Source: a bacterium (GTDB lineage Bacteria > RBG-13-61-14 > DATKZS01). Taken from it: DNA of 64,000 nucleotides. A program made the position numbers and the translations under genes. Location of the stretch: NCBI GenBank assembly GCA_963674965.2, contig CAXXFL010000002.1, forward strand, positions 1-64,000. Direction: 5' to 3'. The notes under the pieces are model-generated. The model worked only from the letters and a program-made list of their open reading frames with translations, made no database searches and was not told where the DNA came from. Positions 9,087 to 18,507 of this stretch are shown here, in pieces (within the stretch, counting starts at the first letter, position 1; each line of letters starts with the position of its first letter).

Positions 9087-11143
9087 CGTTCGGACGGGTG
9101 ACGTGCGTGGTGAACGCGGGCAACTCGGTGGTGTCTTATGAATACGACGGCATGAACCGGCCTTGGAAGAGGAAGTATTGGGCCGGGTCGAGCTGCGCGA
9201 ACAAGGGGTCGCTTCTGAGGACGATCGAGGTGGGGTATATTGGCGGGCGGATCGATTATATTAAGGACGACAAGGTTGGGGGCACGGCGCTGGATTACGA
9301 GTATGACGAGTACTTTCGGGTTTCGTCGGTCGAGCAGACGGTATGCGCGGACGCGGGTTGCGGTTCGACGGTCGGGGAGACCGTGTATTATGAGTATGAC
9401 GCCGGGGACCGGGTGACGAGGATGGCGACGGCGGACGGGGAGACGGTTGAGTACGGGTATTACGACGACGGGTCGTTGCGGGTGGTGAGCAGGAACGGGA
9501 CCACGGTGGCGGAGTACGAGTACGATCAGCAGGGCGCGCGGAGCAAGGTTACGCGGTACCGGGCGGACGGGGTGACGACGTCGTCGGCGACGGAATACGG
9601 TTACGACGAGCAGGGGAGATTGACGGACATCCATCACAAGGACGGGAGTACCACGCTGTCGAGGTATCAGTACGAATACGACTCGGGCGCCAACGCCAAG
9701 GGGCAAAGGACGGCGCAGGCGCGGACCTTGAGCGGTTCGTCGGTGCGGGTCGAGTACGAGTACGATTCGTTTTATCGGCTGTCGAGGGCGGGGACGTGGG
9801 ACGGCTCGACGCTGGAGTACGAGTATGATACCCTGGGGAATATCCTGTCCGTGACCGAGGTCGACGGCGGTTTCGACCTGGAGGAGGAGACGTACTTTTA
9901 CGATAGTTACGGGATGAACCGTTTGGAGGCGATCTGGTACGACATGGACGCTGACGGGGACACGTCGGAGCCGGCTGATTACGTGGTGCGGTACGATTAT
10001 AATGACGCGGGGTCCATGTCGGCACGGGACGTGATTAACGGTACCACGACGGTGGAGGCTCGGGATTATTATTATGACGCCGACGATATGCTGGTGGAGG
10101 TCAAGGAAGGCTCGACCACGGTGGTGGAGTATGTCTACGACGCGCTTGGGCGGCGGGTGCTGAAGGACCTTGGGACGGAGGAGACGATTTATTTTTACGA
10201 CGGCGAGGATATCGTGCAGACGTGTGACGGGGCGACGGTGGTAGGCCGCTACGTCCACGGCCCCGGCATAGATGACGTGCTGCAAGATATAGAATCTGGT
10301 GGCTCAAACTTCATCCTGACCGACGGTCTCGGTTCCCTCACGGAACTGGAAGCCAACGGCTCCCTCACCATGCGCTCCGAATACTCCCCCTTCGGCGACC
10401 AAAGCATTACATATGATCCCAACTCCATCGGCCTAGGCGGCTACGGGTATACAGGAAGAGAGTATGATGAAGAGACCGGGTTGATGTATTACAGATCGAG
10501 GTATTATAGTACGGAACAGAGGCGGTTCGTGCAGGAGGATAAATTTGCCGGGATATTAATATGGCAAGTCACTTTTATTAATAAATACACATACGTCATA
10601 AATGATCCCATTAATTATACCGATCCAATGGGTCTTTACATAGGGCAATTGCCGCCCTACCCTAAAGGCTATAATCCAGATACATGGATACATGGATTTC
10701 GTGCAGACCGCCGAACTGGCAAACTTGAGCGGTACCTTCAGGATCCAGAGACCGGCAGGACGTATCGACCTCATGCGGAAACTGACAGTCATTTTAGGCA
10801 TAATGACTGGACGGATCCGGGTGGAGGAAAGGGTGGAAGAGATCCCAAAAAATCTCTAAAAAGGAGACCGAATCAAAAGAGACCAGCCTATGGTGACCAA
10901 TCAGAAACCGATCCTAATGGTTGTGAACCCGAGGGATGGGGTATTGAAGATATAGATAGATGGGACCCGGATAAGAACCACAATGCCGTTGGGTTTTCAG
11001 AAGATCCGTTATTGGATTGGATGATGGGGTATGGCGGGAAATATCCAAGATTATTTTTCCTGCCGATCATCCCTTGGTTTCCAATACCAGGATTTGCCCC
11101 GGCTACTGTGCCCTTTTCGGCGCCCGTGCCCGTACCGGCGTAA
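9077..11143 (+). CDS. 5'-truncated Rhs/YD-repeat protein with C-terminal toxin domain
   Basis: Multiple YEYD..GR repeats, GYTGREYDEETGLMYYRSRYY core, DPMGL boundary, AT-richer CT; the ORF starts inside a REP, so it may be a pseudogene. Confidence 0.88.
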   Translation: MGYPFGRVTCVVNAGNSVVSYEYDGMNRPWKRKYWAGSSCANKGSLLRTIEVGYIGGRIDYIKDDKVGGTALDYEYDEYFRVSSVEQTVCADAGCGSTVGETVYYEYDAGDRVTRMATADGETVEYGYYDDGSLRVVSRNGTTVAEYEYDQQGARSKVTRYRADGVTTSSATEYGYDEQGRLTDIHHKDGSTTLSRYQYEYDSGANAKGQRTAQARTLSGSSVRVEYEYDSFYRLSRAGTWDGSTLEYEYDTLGNILSVTEVDGGFDLEEETYFYDSYGMNRLEAIWYDMDADGDTSEPADYVVRYDYNDAGSMSARDVINGTTTVEARDYYYDADDMLVEVKEGSTTVVEYVYDALGRRVLKDLGTEETIYFYDGEDIVQTCDGATVVGRYVHGPGIDDVLQDIESGGSNFILTDGLGSLTELEANGSLTMRSEYSPFGDQSITYDPNSIGLGGYGYTGREYDEETGLMYYRSRYYSTEQRRFVQEDKFAGILIWQVTFINKYTYVINDPINYTDPMGLYIGQLPPYPKGYNPDTWIHGFRADRRTGKLERYLQDPETGRTYRPHAETDSHFRHNDWTDPGGGKGGRDPKKSLKRRPNQKRPAYGDQSETDPNGCEPEGWGIEDIDRWDPDKNHNAVGFSEDPLLDWMMGYGGKYPRLFFLPIIPWFPIPGFAPATVPFSAPVPVPA

Positions 11144-11166
11144 TAGTGCCTTGCCGGAGTTTTCCG

Positions 11167-11610
11167 ATGAGAATAAACGAGCTTATCGAATCCGCAAGAG
11201 AAACCATGGACTTTTCCGCAGAAGAGATGGCTAAGTTGCTGGATATCACTTATGATTCTTATCTTGATATCGAGGATCATGATGACGAGCTATACTACTC
11301 CTCACTTGACATTATTCTATTAATCTCGGAGAAGCTTGAGCTTGACCTTTCCGAAATGATTAAACTTCTATATCCGGATACCCAGGACGCGCGGAACATC
11401 GATAACACTCTTCAATCTCTGAGGGTTGCGAAGGGATTCTCGGTCAGTGAATTGTCCGATATTATTGGGTTCTATGAGATTGTCATCGAGGAGTACGAGG
11501 AGGATCATAGCAAACTATTTAAATCCTTGCCTCTCTTCGCGGTGTACGACCTTGCAAAAGCGCTTGGCATTTCCATTTTGGATATTATATCGATTTGCAA
11601 AAACAACTAG
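11167..11610 (+). CDS. Acidic tandem XRE-HTH-like protein, probable immunity protein
   Basis: Two HTH-like repeats (ARETMDFSAEEMAKLLDI; LRVAKGFSVSELSDIIGF); directly follows the Rhs CT. Confidence 0.6.
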   Translation: MRINELIESARETMDFSAEEMAKLLDITYDSYLDIEDHDDELYYSSLDIILLISEKLELDLSEMIKLLYPDTQDARNIDNTLQSLRVAKGFSVSELSDIIGFYEIVIEEYEEDHSKLFKSLPLFAVYDLAKALGISILDIISICKNN

Positions 11611-11613
11611 TAC

Positions 11614-11738
11614 ACCACGGGGTGGCCCACGCAATATTGTCTTCAATATTGCGTGGGCGGCGAAGCCGCAGGCTGAACGCTTCTGACGCCAATCGTATTG
11701 AACGGCCCTTTTTCAAGTGGAGGAGCTAAAAACAATCA
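11614..11738 (+). repeat. Structured cassette leader, copy 1
   Basis: 15-bp perfect stem 11625-11658, GCGGCGAAGCCGC hairpin, GGAGG RBS; repeated at 13661 and 16917. Confidence 0.85.
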
Positions 11739-12650
11739 ATGCTTTATTTTTACGACGGCGAGGATATCGTGCAGGCGTTCGACGGGGCCACGGTGGTAGG
11801 CCGCTACGTCCACGGCCCGGGAGTCGACGACCTCCTCCAGGGCGAAAACTCCGGCGGGTCCGCCTTCCCGTTAACCGACGGTCTCGGCTCCCTCACCGAG
11901 TTCGAGTCCAACGGCGCCGTCTTCATGCGCTTCCAATACACCCCCTTCGGCGCCCAGACCTCCACCTACAACCCCTACTCCCTCCAGTCCCCCTACGGCT
12001 ACACCGGCCGCGAGCACGACGACGAAACAGGATTGATGTATTACCGCTCCCGCTACTACAGCCCCGAGCAGAGGCGGTTTGTGCAGGAGGATAAGTGGGC
12101 TGGCCGGACATTTATTCCAAACTCATACAATTCGAAGTATTCCTATTCAGCAAGCAACCCTACAAATTTCAATGATCCGTATGGATACTGGATGGATGAT
12201 ATATATGTGATAGCGCAAACTGAAATACTATATGAGGCTTGGTGGTTAACTAGGAGCCCGAGGTATCGGGTTTGGGGGCCACAAAATAATTGGACCAGAT
12301 TTGTATCAAATATCCCCTCACAAAACCCATATTCTAAAACATTCGTTATGCCAATGGGACATATCGTTTCAACCATGGACTGCATTGAAACGGGCCTATG
12401 TGATGGAAGCGTCGATCCCGGATTTGCTTGTCAAAGCTATGCTCAAGACTTGGCTGATTTTCTTAAAAAGCATGGCAATTTCCCTGATGACCTTGATGTT
12501 AAAATTGAGCCACGCCAAGTTGGGAAACCTTATGCAAACTCTCATGATCGTGTGTATATAGAGTTTAACGGCTATGAATATTCATATGACCCGTTTTGGA
12601 GAGTTGGGCCATTCTTTAGAAGAGGGATTCCAGGTACTGAGCATATGTGA
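11739..12650 (+). CDS. Orphan Rhs core-CT cassette 1 (papain/transglutaminase-like CT)
   Basis: Rhs core, DPYGY boundary, then CQSYA..SHDRVY..YDPFW. Confidence 0.85.
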   Translation: MLYFYDGEDIVQAFDGATVVGRYVHGPGVDDLLQGENSGGSAFPLTDGLGSLTEFESNGAVFMRFQYTPFGAQTSTYNPYSLQSPYGYTGREHDDETGLMYYRSRYYSPEQRRFVQEDKWAGRTFIPNSYNSKYSYSASNPTNFNDPYGYWMDDIYVIAQTEILYEAWWLTRSPRYRVWGPQNNWTRFVSNIPSQNPYSKTFVMPMGHIVSTMDCIETGLCDGSVDPGFACQSYAQDLADFLKKHGNFPDDLDVKIEPRQVGKPYANSHDRVYIEFNGYEYSYDPFWRVGPFFRRGIPGTEHM

Positions 12651-12663
12651 AAGGATCTGAGTT

Positions 12664-13131
12664 ATGGTGAAAGCGAAGGCTATATTTCCTTATTTTTTAA
12701 CTATTGTTGCCACAATGTTTATACTAATGTTAATTGATGGCTATCTACAGTTTGACTACAGGGCTCTCAACACGGAAGCAAAAGATGAGTTACGTATGAT
12801 TTATGATAGTCAATCGCGTTACTTCGAACATAACAAAGAACTTGCAGTTGATTTTAAAACTATGGGACATGTACCTAATAATGAAAGATATGCTATTTAT
12901 TATAATAATACGGTCATACCATCCAAACGCTCTGAATCAGTATCATTACCCAATTTCTATAGGTGTTATCGAGATGATAAAAAATGGAACGCATATGCAG
13001 TGGGAAACTTAGATGCCGATGAAGAATTAGATATTTGGATGATAGATGAAACGGGGAAGATTTTATATCTACATGATGACTACCGATCACTGCTGGCAGT
13101 ACCTGGAGTAAACGCACCGTCGATCAAGTAA
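12664..13131 (+). CDS. Type IV pilin-like membrane-anchored protein, putative immunity protein
   Basis: N-terminal TM, then ALNTEAKDELRMIYDSQSRYF..MGHVPNNERY..AYAVGNLDADEELDIWMID; no prepilin G|FTLIE motif. Confidence 0.65.
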   Translation: MVKAKAIFPYFLTIVATMFILMLIDGYLQFDYRALNTEAKDELRMIYDSQSRYFEHNKELAVDFKTMGHVPNNERYAIYYNNTVIPSKRSESVSLPNFYRCYRDDKKWNAYAVGNLDADEELDIWMIDETGKILYLHDDYRSLLAVPGVNAPSIK

Positions 13132-13220
13132 AATTTAATTCCCGAAATGGTTGGATTCAAGCGTTTAACACGCATTGGCGGAGACGCCATACGTAACCAA
13201 CGGATACACATTGTGTCTAT

Positions 13221-13661
13221 GTGTATTGTTGGTGGGGGAGCATGGTGAACCTCAAAAGGATTAGTAGCGATATGATACAAATCGCGGAAATGACAGAGTT
13301 TAAAATAATGGCGGTATCTTTTACTGCAAGTTTAATACTTATGTTCGTTGTATTCCCCGCATTATATTTGTCTTCATTTGATGTTTGTTTACTGGATAAA
13401 CTGGTTACTGGAATATCTTTCGTGTCAGCATCATTGGGCATAATTTTCTTTTCTCTGACGTGTTATAAAATTGGATTTCAACAAAATGACTACGACCTTA
13501 ATAAGTTGATAAGTTTTGTAAAGACGTCTTTTAAATCCTACCCAAAATGGATGTATCCAATTTTGCTAATATCTTTAATTCTTAGCTCCATGACGTTATT
13601 GTCATTTTTAATATTTGGCTTTGGGTTTCTATATTGGGGAGTTTATTTACTGGTACACTAA
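13221..13661 (+). CDS. Hypothetical multi-TM membrane protein (possible orphan immunity; start uncertain)
   Basis: AT-rich ORF with 3-4 hydrophobic segments. Confidence 0.55.
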   Translation: MYCWWGSMVNLKRISSDMIQIAEMTEFKIMAVSFTASLILMFVVFPALYLSSFDVCLLDKLVTGISFVSASLGIIFFSLTCYKIGFQQNDYDLNKLISFVKTSFKSYPKWMYPILLISLILSSMTLLSFLIFGFGFLYWGVYLLVH

Positions 13662-13785
13662 CCGCGGGGTGGCCCACGCGATATTGTCTTCAATATTGCG
13701 TGGGCGGCGAAGCCGCGGGCTGAACGTTCCTGACGCCAATCGTATTGAACGGCCCTTTTTCAAGTGGAGGAGCTAAAAACAATCA
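13661..13785 (+). repeat. Structured cassette leader, copy 2
   Basis: Near-identical to 11614-11738. Confidence 0.85.
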
Positions 13786-14718
13786 ATGCTTTATTTTAAC
13801 GACGGCGAGGATATCGTGCAGGCGTTCGACGGGGCCACGGTGGTAGGCCGCTGCGTCCACGGCCCGGGAGTCGACGACGTCCTCCAGGGGATGGACTCCG
13901 CCGGGGGCGCCGCCTTCCCCCTCACCGACGGTCTCGGCTCCCTCACCGAGTTCGAGTCCAACGGCGCCGTCTTCATGCGCTCCGAATACTCCCCCTTCGG
14001 CGCCCAAACCTCCACCTACAACCCCTACTCCCTCCAGTCCCCCTACGGCTACACCGGCCGCGAGCACGACGACGAAACCGGCCTCATGTTCTACCGCTCC
14101 CGCTACTACAGCCCCGAGCAGCGGAGGTTCACGCAGGAGGATAAGTGGGAAGGGATGGCATATTTTCCAAACTCATACAGCACGAAATATCCATATGTAT
14201 CTAATAGCCCATTGAATCATGTGGACCCAGACGGGTATTGGTGGAAAGAATCTTGGGTTTATGCTGAAGCCTTTCTATTAATGCAAGTATGGGGGATAAC
14301 CAGCGGGCCCCGCTATTGGACCTGGGGGCCTCAGAATAATCTTGAAAGAAGTCTAATGACGGGTAACGGGACTATGCGGGATATCGTGGGCAAAGCCGCA
14401 TTTTCTGGGTTTGGAAGACCATTTTACTATGAAATTGTAGATTGTGTTCAAGGGGGTAGGTGCGATGGAACTATCGCCGATGATTTCCAGTGCAGTGCGT
14501 ACTCACAAGACCTAGCTGATTTCATGAACTCTTACGGATATTTCCCCGGCGTAAAAATTTCTTCACAACCAGTGGCTAATTACCCAATTGGTTACTCCCA
14601 TGATCGCACATATTTTGACTTTGACAATGGAGATTATTTTGCACTAGATCCGTATTGGAAATTAGGTCCTCTATTTTCAGAAGGAGCGCCAGGAACTGGC
14701 CATTTGCCGCATCAATGA
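13786..14718 (+). CDS. Orphan Rhs core-CT cassette 2, CT paralogous to cassette 1
   Basis: DPDGY boundary; CSAYS..SHDRTY..LDPYW. Confidence 0.85.
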   Translation: MLYFNDGEDIVQAFDGATVVGRCVHGPGVDDVLQGMDSAGGAAFPLTDGLGSLTEFESNGAVFMRSEYSPFGAQTSTYNPYSLQSPYGYTGREHDDETGLMFYRSRYYSPEQRRFTQEDKWEGMAYFPNSYSTKYPYVSNSPLNHVDPDGYWWKESWVYAEAFLLMQVWGITSGPRYWTWGPQNNLERSLMTGNGTMRDIVGKAAFSGFGRPFYYEIVDCVQGGRCDGTIADDFQCSAYSQDLADFMNSYGYFPGVKISSQPVANYPIGYSHDRTYFDFDNGDYFALDPYWKLGPLFSEGAPGTGHLPHQ

Positions 14719-15037
14719 GGAAATAATATGAATAGGAGAAAATATAAATTATCTGGTTTAAGCGATAACATTTCTATCACTAGACTCCAATTATATCTAT
14801 TATGCGTGATACTATGTACTATTGCCTTGTTGGTACCGGGATTCATAGATAGCTATTTACGATATAATTTAAAAGCGCTTAGTACGGACGCAAAATGGGA
14901 ACTACGCTCGATTTACGATAGTCAGTTGCTCTACTTTGAAGATAAAAATGAATTTGCCATTGACTTCGTTGTCCTGCCTCAGTTGAAAATGGAGAACGCC
15001 TCCGCGAGGATAGTTATATCGAGAAGGAGGCGGGACG

Positions 15038-15346
15038 ATGGAAGGGAGACGAAGAAGATTTACGGCGGAGGAGAAGGTTCGGGTGCTGAGGCGGCACCTG
15101 GTTGACAAGGTGGCAGTGTCGGAGCTTTGCGAGCAGGAGCGGATTCAGCCGACCCAGTTCTACAACTGGCAGAAGCAGTTCTTTGAAAACGGCGCGGCGG
15201 CCTTCGAACGGCAGCCCTCCCGGCCGGAGCGGCGCGAGGCAGAGCGGATCGAGGCGCTGGAAGCCAAGCTTCGGAAGAAGGACGAGGTGATTTCAGAGCT
15301 GATGGAGGACCACGTCAAGTTAAAAAAAGAGCTTGGGGACCTCTGA
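15038..15346 (+). CDS. IS3-B OrfA
   Basis: HTH_Tnp_1-like. Confidence 0.92.
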   Translation: MEGRRRRFTAEEKVRVLRRHLVDKVAVSELCEQERIQPTQFYNWQKQFFENGAAAFERQPSRPERREAERIEALEAKLRKKDEVISELMEDHVKLKKELGDL

Positions 15347-15381
15347 GGGCCGCATGGGTCCCCCCCGACACGCGGGACGAG

Positions 15382-16338
15382 GTGGTTGACTACGTCGGCT
15401 ACTGGCTTTCCCGCGCGGAGCTTCCGGCGGCCCGTCTGATCGATTGGCTGGGGATATCGAGCTCGAAGTACTACGACTGGAAGAAGCGCTACGGCCTGGC
15501 CAACGAGCACAACGGCAAGGTCCCTCGGGACCATTGGCTTTTGGATTGGGAGAAGCAGGCGATCATCCGCTATCATTTCGATCACCCGCTGGAGGGTTAC
15601 CGCCGGCTGGCGTTCATGATGCTTGATGAGAATCTGGTATGCGTGTCTCCGGCGAGCGTTTACCGGGTGCTGTCGGAAGCGGGTTTGCTGGGTCGGTTTT
15701 CGGGCCAGCCGTCGCTGAAGGGCACGGGTTTCGAGCAGCCCGAAAGGCCGCATGAACACTGGCACATTGACGTGAGCCACATCAATATTTGCGGGACGTT
15801 TTATTACCTGTTCAGCGTGATTGACGGCCAAAGCCGCTACCTGGTCCACTGGGACATTCGAGAGAGCATGAAGGAGTGGGAGGTTGAAGTGATCCTGGAG
15901 CGGGCGAAGGAGAAGTATCCGGCTGCTCGGCCTCGCATCATCTCGGACAATGGGCCGCAGTTCATCGCCCGGGATTTCAAGGAGTTCATCCGAGTGAGCG
16001 GGATGACGCATGTTCGGACCTCGCCGTACTATCCGCAAAGCAACGGCAAGAAGGAGCGGTGGTATCAAACGCTGAAGAAGGAATGCATCCGTCCGAAGAC
16101 GCCGCTTAGTTTGGATGAGGCCAAACGGATCGTGGGCGAGTATGTGGAGCATTACAACAACGTGCGGTTGCACAGCGCGATCGGTTACATTGCGCCGGCG
16201 GACAAACTGGCTGGCCGGGAGGCGGAGATTTGGGCGGCTCGGGACCTGAAGCTGGAAGCGGCGCGGGAAGAGCGGAAGCGGCGGCGGATGGTCGAACGCG
16301 GCGGGCTTGACATGGCGTTGGCGGTTGGAGTAGCCTGA
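15382..16338 (+). CDS. IS3-B OrfB (likely expressed as OrfAB by -1 frameshift)
   Basis: WHIDVS, IISDNGPQF, YYPQSNGKKERWYQTLK. Confidence 0.93.
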   Translation: MVDYVGYWLSRAELPAARLIDWLGISSSKYYDWKKRYGLANEHNGKVPRDHWLLDWEKQAIIRYHFDHPLEGYRRLAFMMLDENLVCVSPASVYRVLSEAGLLGRFSGQPSLKGTGFEQPERPHEHWHIDVSHINICGTFYYLFSVIDGQSRYLVHWDIRESMKEWEVEVILERAKEKYPAARPRIISDNGPQFIARDFKEFIRVSGMTHVRTSPYYPQSNGKKERWYQTLKKECIRPKTPLSLDEAKRIVGEYVEHYNNVRLHSAIGYIAPADKLAGREAEIWAARDLKLEAAREERKRRRMVERGGLDMALAVGVA

Positions 16339-16916
16339 GCTTGCCGGGTGAAACAGAGGCGGGCACTGCTGGAGAGCAACCCGCCGAGGGATAGCCCGGC
16401 GGGGCTCATCGCGTTGATGAGAGGGCGTTGGGGAACACCCTCAGCGCCCGGCCTAAACTCATCAAACGATAGACCCCCAATGCCTTCTTAAAACTCCCGC
16501 CCGAAGGGCGGAATCTTGAGGGTGAGTGCGAAGGCCGTACTCACTTAGCAAAAGCGGGGGTACTCCATTTCCCGCTGAACCAGGACATTCGTCAGCATGG
16601 GATATATTCCAAACAATGAAAGATACAGTCTCATCTATAACGACGTCTTAGTACCGGCTAAAAAGGGAACCGGAGCTCCATTGCCTGGGTTTTTTAAGTG
16701 TTATGTAAATAAGCAACAATGGAATGCCTATGCAGTGGCCGAATTAGATAATGACAGTGGCTTGGATATTTGGATGATAAATGAGAAGGGTGAAATATAT
16801 CATCTACAAGATGATTATGATGTATCTGGTCCTACTTTAATGGTGGATGACAGATATTTTAGCTACAAGCGAATGCGAATGTAGACATTTAGGTCAGGGT
16901 GATTTGACGCGGGCAA

Positions 16917-16997
16917 CGGCGAAGCCGCGGGCTGAACGCTTTTGACGCCAATCGTATTGAACGGCCCTTTTTCAAGTGGAGGAGCTAAAAACAATCA
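16917..16997 (+). repeat. Cassette leader, partial copy 3
   Basis: CGGCGAAGCCGC..GGAGGAGCTAAAAACAATCA-ATG as in copies 1 and 2. Confidence 0.8.
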
Positions 16998-17373
16998 ATG
17001 CTTTATTTTTACGACGGCGAGGACGTGGTGCAGTCGTTCGACGGGGCGACGGTGGTAGGCCGCTACGTCCACGGCCCGGGCATAGATGACGTGCTGCAAG
17101 ACATAGAATCTGGTGGCTCAAACTTCATCTTGACCGACGGTCTCGGCTCCCTCACCGAGTTCGAGTCCAACGGCGCCGTCTTCATGCGCTCCGAATACTC
17201 CCCCTTCGGAGCCCAAACCTCCACCTACAACCCCTACTCCCTCCAGTCCCCCTACGGCTACACAGGAAGAGAGTATGACGACGAAACCGGCCTCATGTTC
17301 TACCGCTCCCGCTACTACAGCCCCGAGCAAAGGCGGTTCACGCAGGTGGATAAGTGGGGCGGTGATGTTTATT
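16998..17373 (+). pseudogene. Orphan Rhs cassette 3, truncated before its CT
   Basis: Rhs core runs to RRFTQVDKWGG, then transposase sequence. Confidence 0.8.
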
Positions 17374-17850
17374 GGCCTCGACAAACTGACCCGGTCTTGG
17401 GTCGAGACCGGGTTCAAGGCCCATCCGGACGTTTTAAGAATAAACGGCCGCCCGGTGCTGGTGGGGGACGGGATCAAGGTAGCCAAGTCCGGCGGGAAGA
17501 TGCCGGGGGTGAAGCTGTTGCATCAGGAATCGGATTCCAACACCAAGCCCGAATACATCATGGGGCACTCCTGCCAGGCCGTCGCGGTACTGGGCCGGGC
17601 CATGCAAAGCTTCTTCGCCATCCCCCTTTGCCGCCTAATCCACGAAGGGACCGTCTTCTCCAACCGCGACCGGCGGACCCTGCTCGATAAAATGGCGGCG
17701 CTCATCGATTCGATCGGGCTCGAGGAAAATTGCTACTTCGTGGCCGACGCCTATTACGCGAGCGGCAGGTCGTTAAAGGATTGTTGGCCCAGGGACACCA
17801 CCTCGTCACTTCGGTACGCAAAAACGCGGTGGCTTACTCGAATTCCCCCC
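17374..17850 (+). pseudogene. Internal fragment of a DDE (IS4/IS701-like) transposase
   Basis: VLVGDGIKVAKSG.KMPGVKLLHQES..YIMGH, FVADAYYA; frameshifted, no ends seen. Confidence 0.7.
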
Positions 17851-18033
17851 TACGGGGGACGGCCGCGTCGCCCCTGGTATTTGTCTTGCCATTGCCCTGA
17901 AATTACGGGCCGACCCGTTAAAAAACAGCTAGAAGACATTTTAAGTCTGTCGGTCAGTGTAGCAGTCGTGTTTAAAACGGGACTGACGCGATAATGACTT
18001 TCCCCTTTTGGATTATGGGTCCGGCGTTCTGGT

Positions 18034-18507
18034 TCACTTCTCCTTTTCCCTTTCCTCGAGCCTTATTTTCCGTCGGGCCTGGGCCTCGCGGTTCCTTCTT
18101 CGATCATCCTCCGTCTCGAGTATGAGGGGAGGAACGGCGGTGGGTCGGCCGTCCTCGTCAATGGCCACCATGGTAAGATAGGCGCTGACCACGTGACGCG
18201 TCTCGCCCGTCTTGGTGTTCTCCACCTCTGCCCTCACCCCCACCTCCATCGAGCTGCGGCCCACGTGGTTGAGGCTGGCCTTGAGAATGAGGAGCTCGCC
18301 GATGTAGCTGGGGCCGTGGAAGACCAGCCGGTCCACCGAGGCCGTCACCACGTAGGAACCAGCGTGACGGGAAGCAACCACTCCCGCGGCCGTGTCGATA
18401 TATTTCATGATCGAGCCGCCATGGACGTTTCCCCTCGAGTTCGCGTCCGACGGCAGCATGAAATGCGCCATGGTGATGGCGCCGTCACTCGCCCTCTTGC
18501 CTTCCAT
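18034..18507 (-). CDS. Acyl-CoA thioesterase (hotdog fold, YciA-like)
   Basis: PSDANSRGNVHGGSIMKYID, VVTASVD, VGRSSMEVGV. Confidence 0.92.
   Translation of the reverse strand: MEGKRASDGAITMAHFMLPSDANSRGNVHGGSIMKYIDTAAGVVASRHAGSYVVTASVDRLVFHGPSYIGELLILKASLNHVGRSSMEVGVRAEVENTKTGETRHVVSAYLTMVAIDEDGRPTAVPPLILETEDDRRRNREAQARRKIRLEEREKEK

Larger units (their letters stand above)
14970..16587 (+). mobile_element. IS3-family element B, copy 2 (1618 bp, intact)
   Basis: TGTCCTG..CAGGACA IRs; TTCGT 5-bp duplication; A7G frameshift motif at 15322-15329. Confidence 0.95.
14728..16884 (+). pseudogene. Second pilin-like putative immunity gene split by IS3-B
   Basis: FAIDFV|SMGYIPNNERY rejoins in frame and aligns with 12664-13131. 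Confidence 0.8.

Noticed and set aside
11614-16997. Repeated hairpin leader as a CRISPR array or integron attC sites
   Set aside because: Spacing is 2-3 kb, no cas or integron integrase gene is present, and no RYYYAAC/GTTRRRY box pair is evident
11739-17373. Diversity-generating retroelement TR/VR pair
   Set aside because: No reverse transcriptase in the window, and differences between repeats are not adenine-specific
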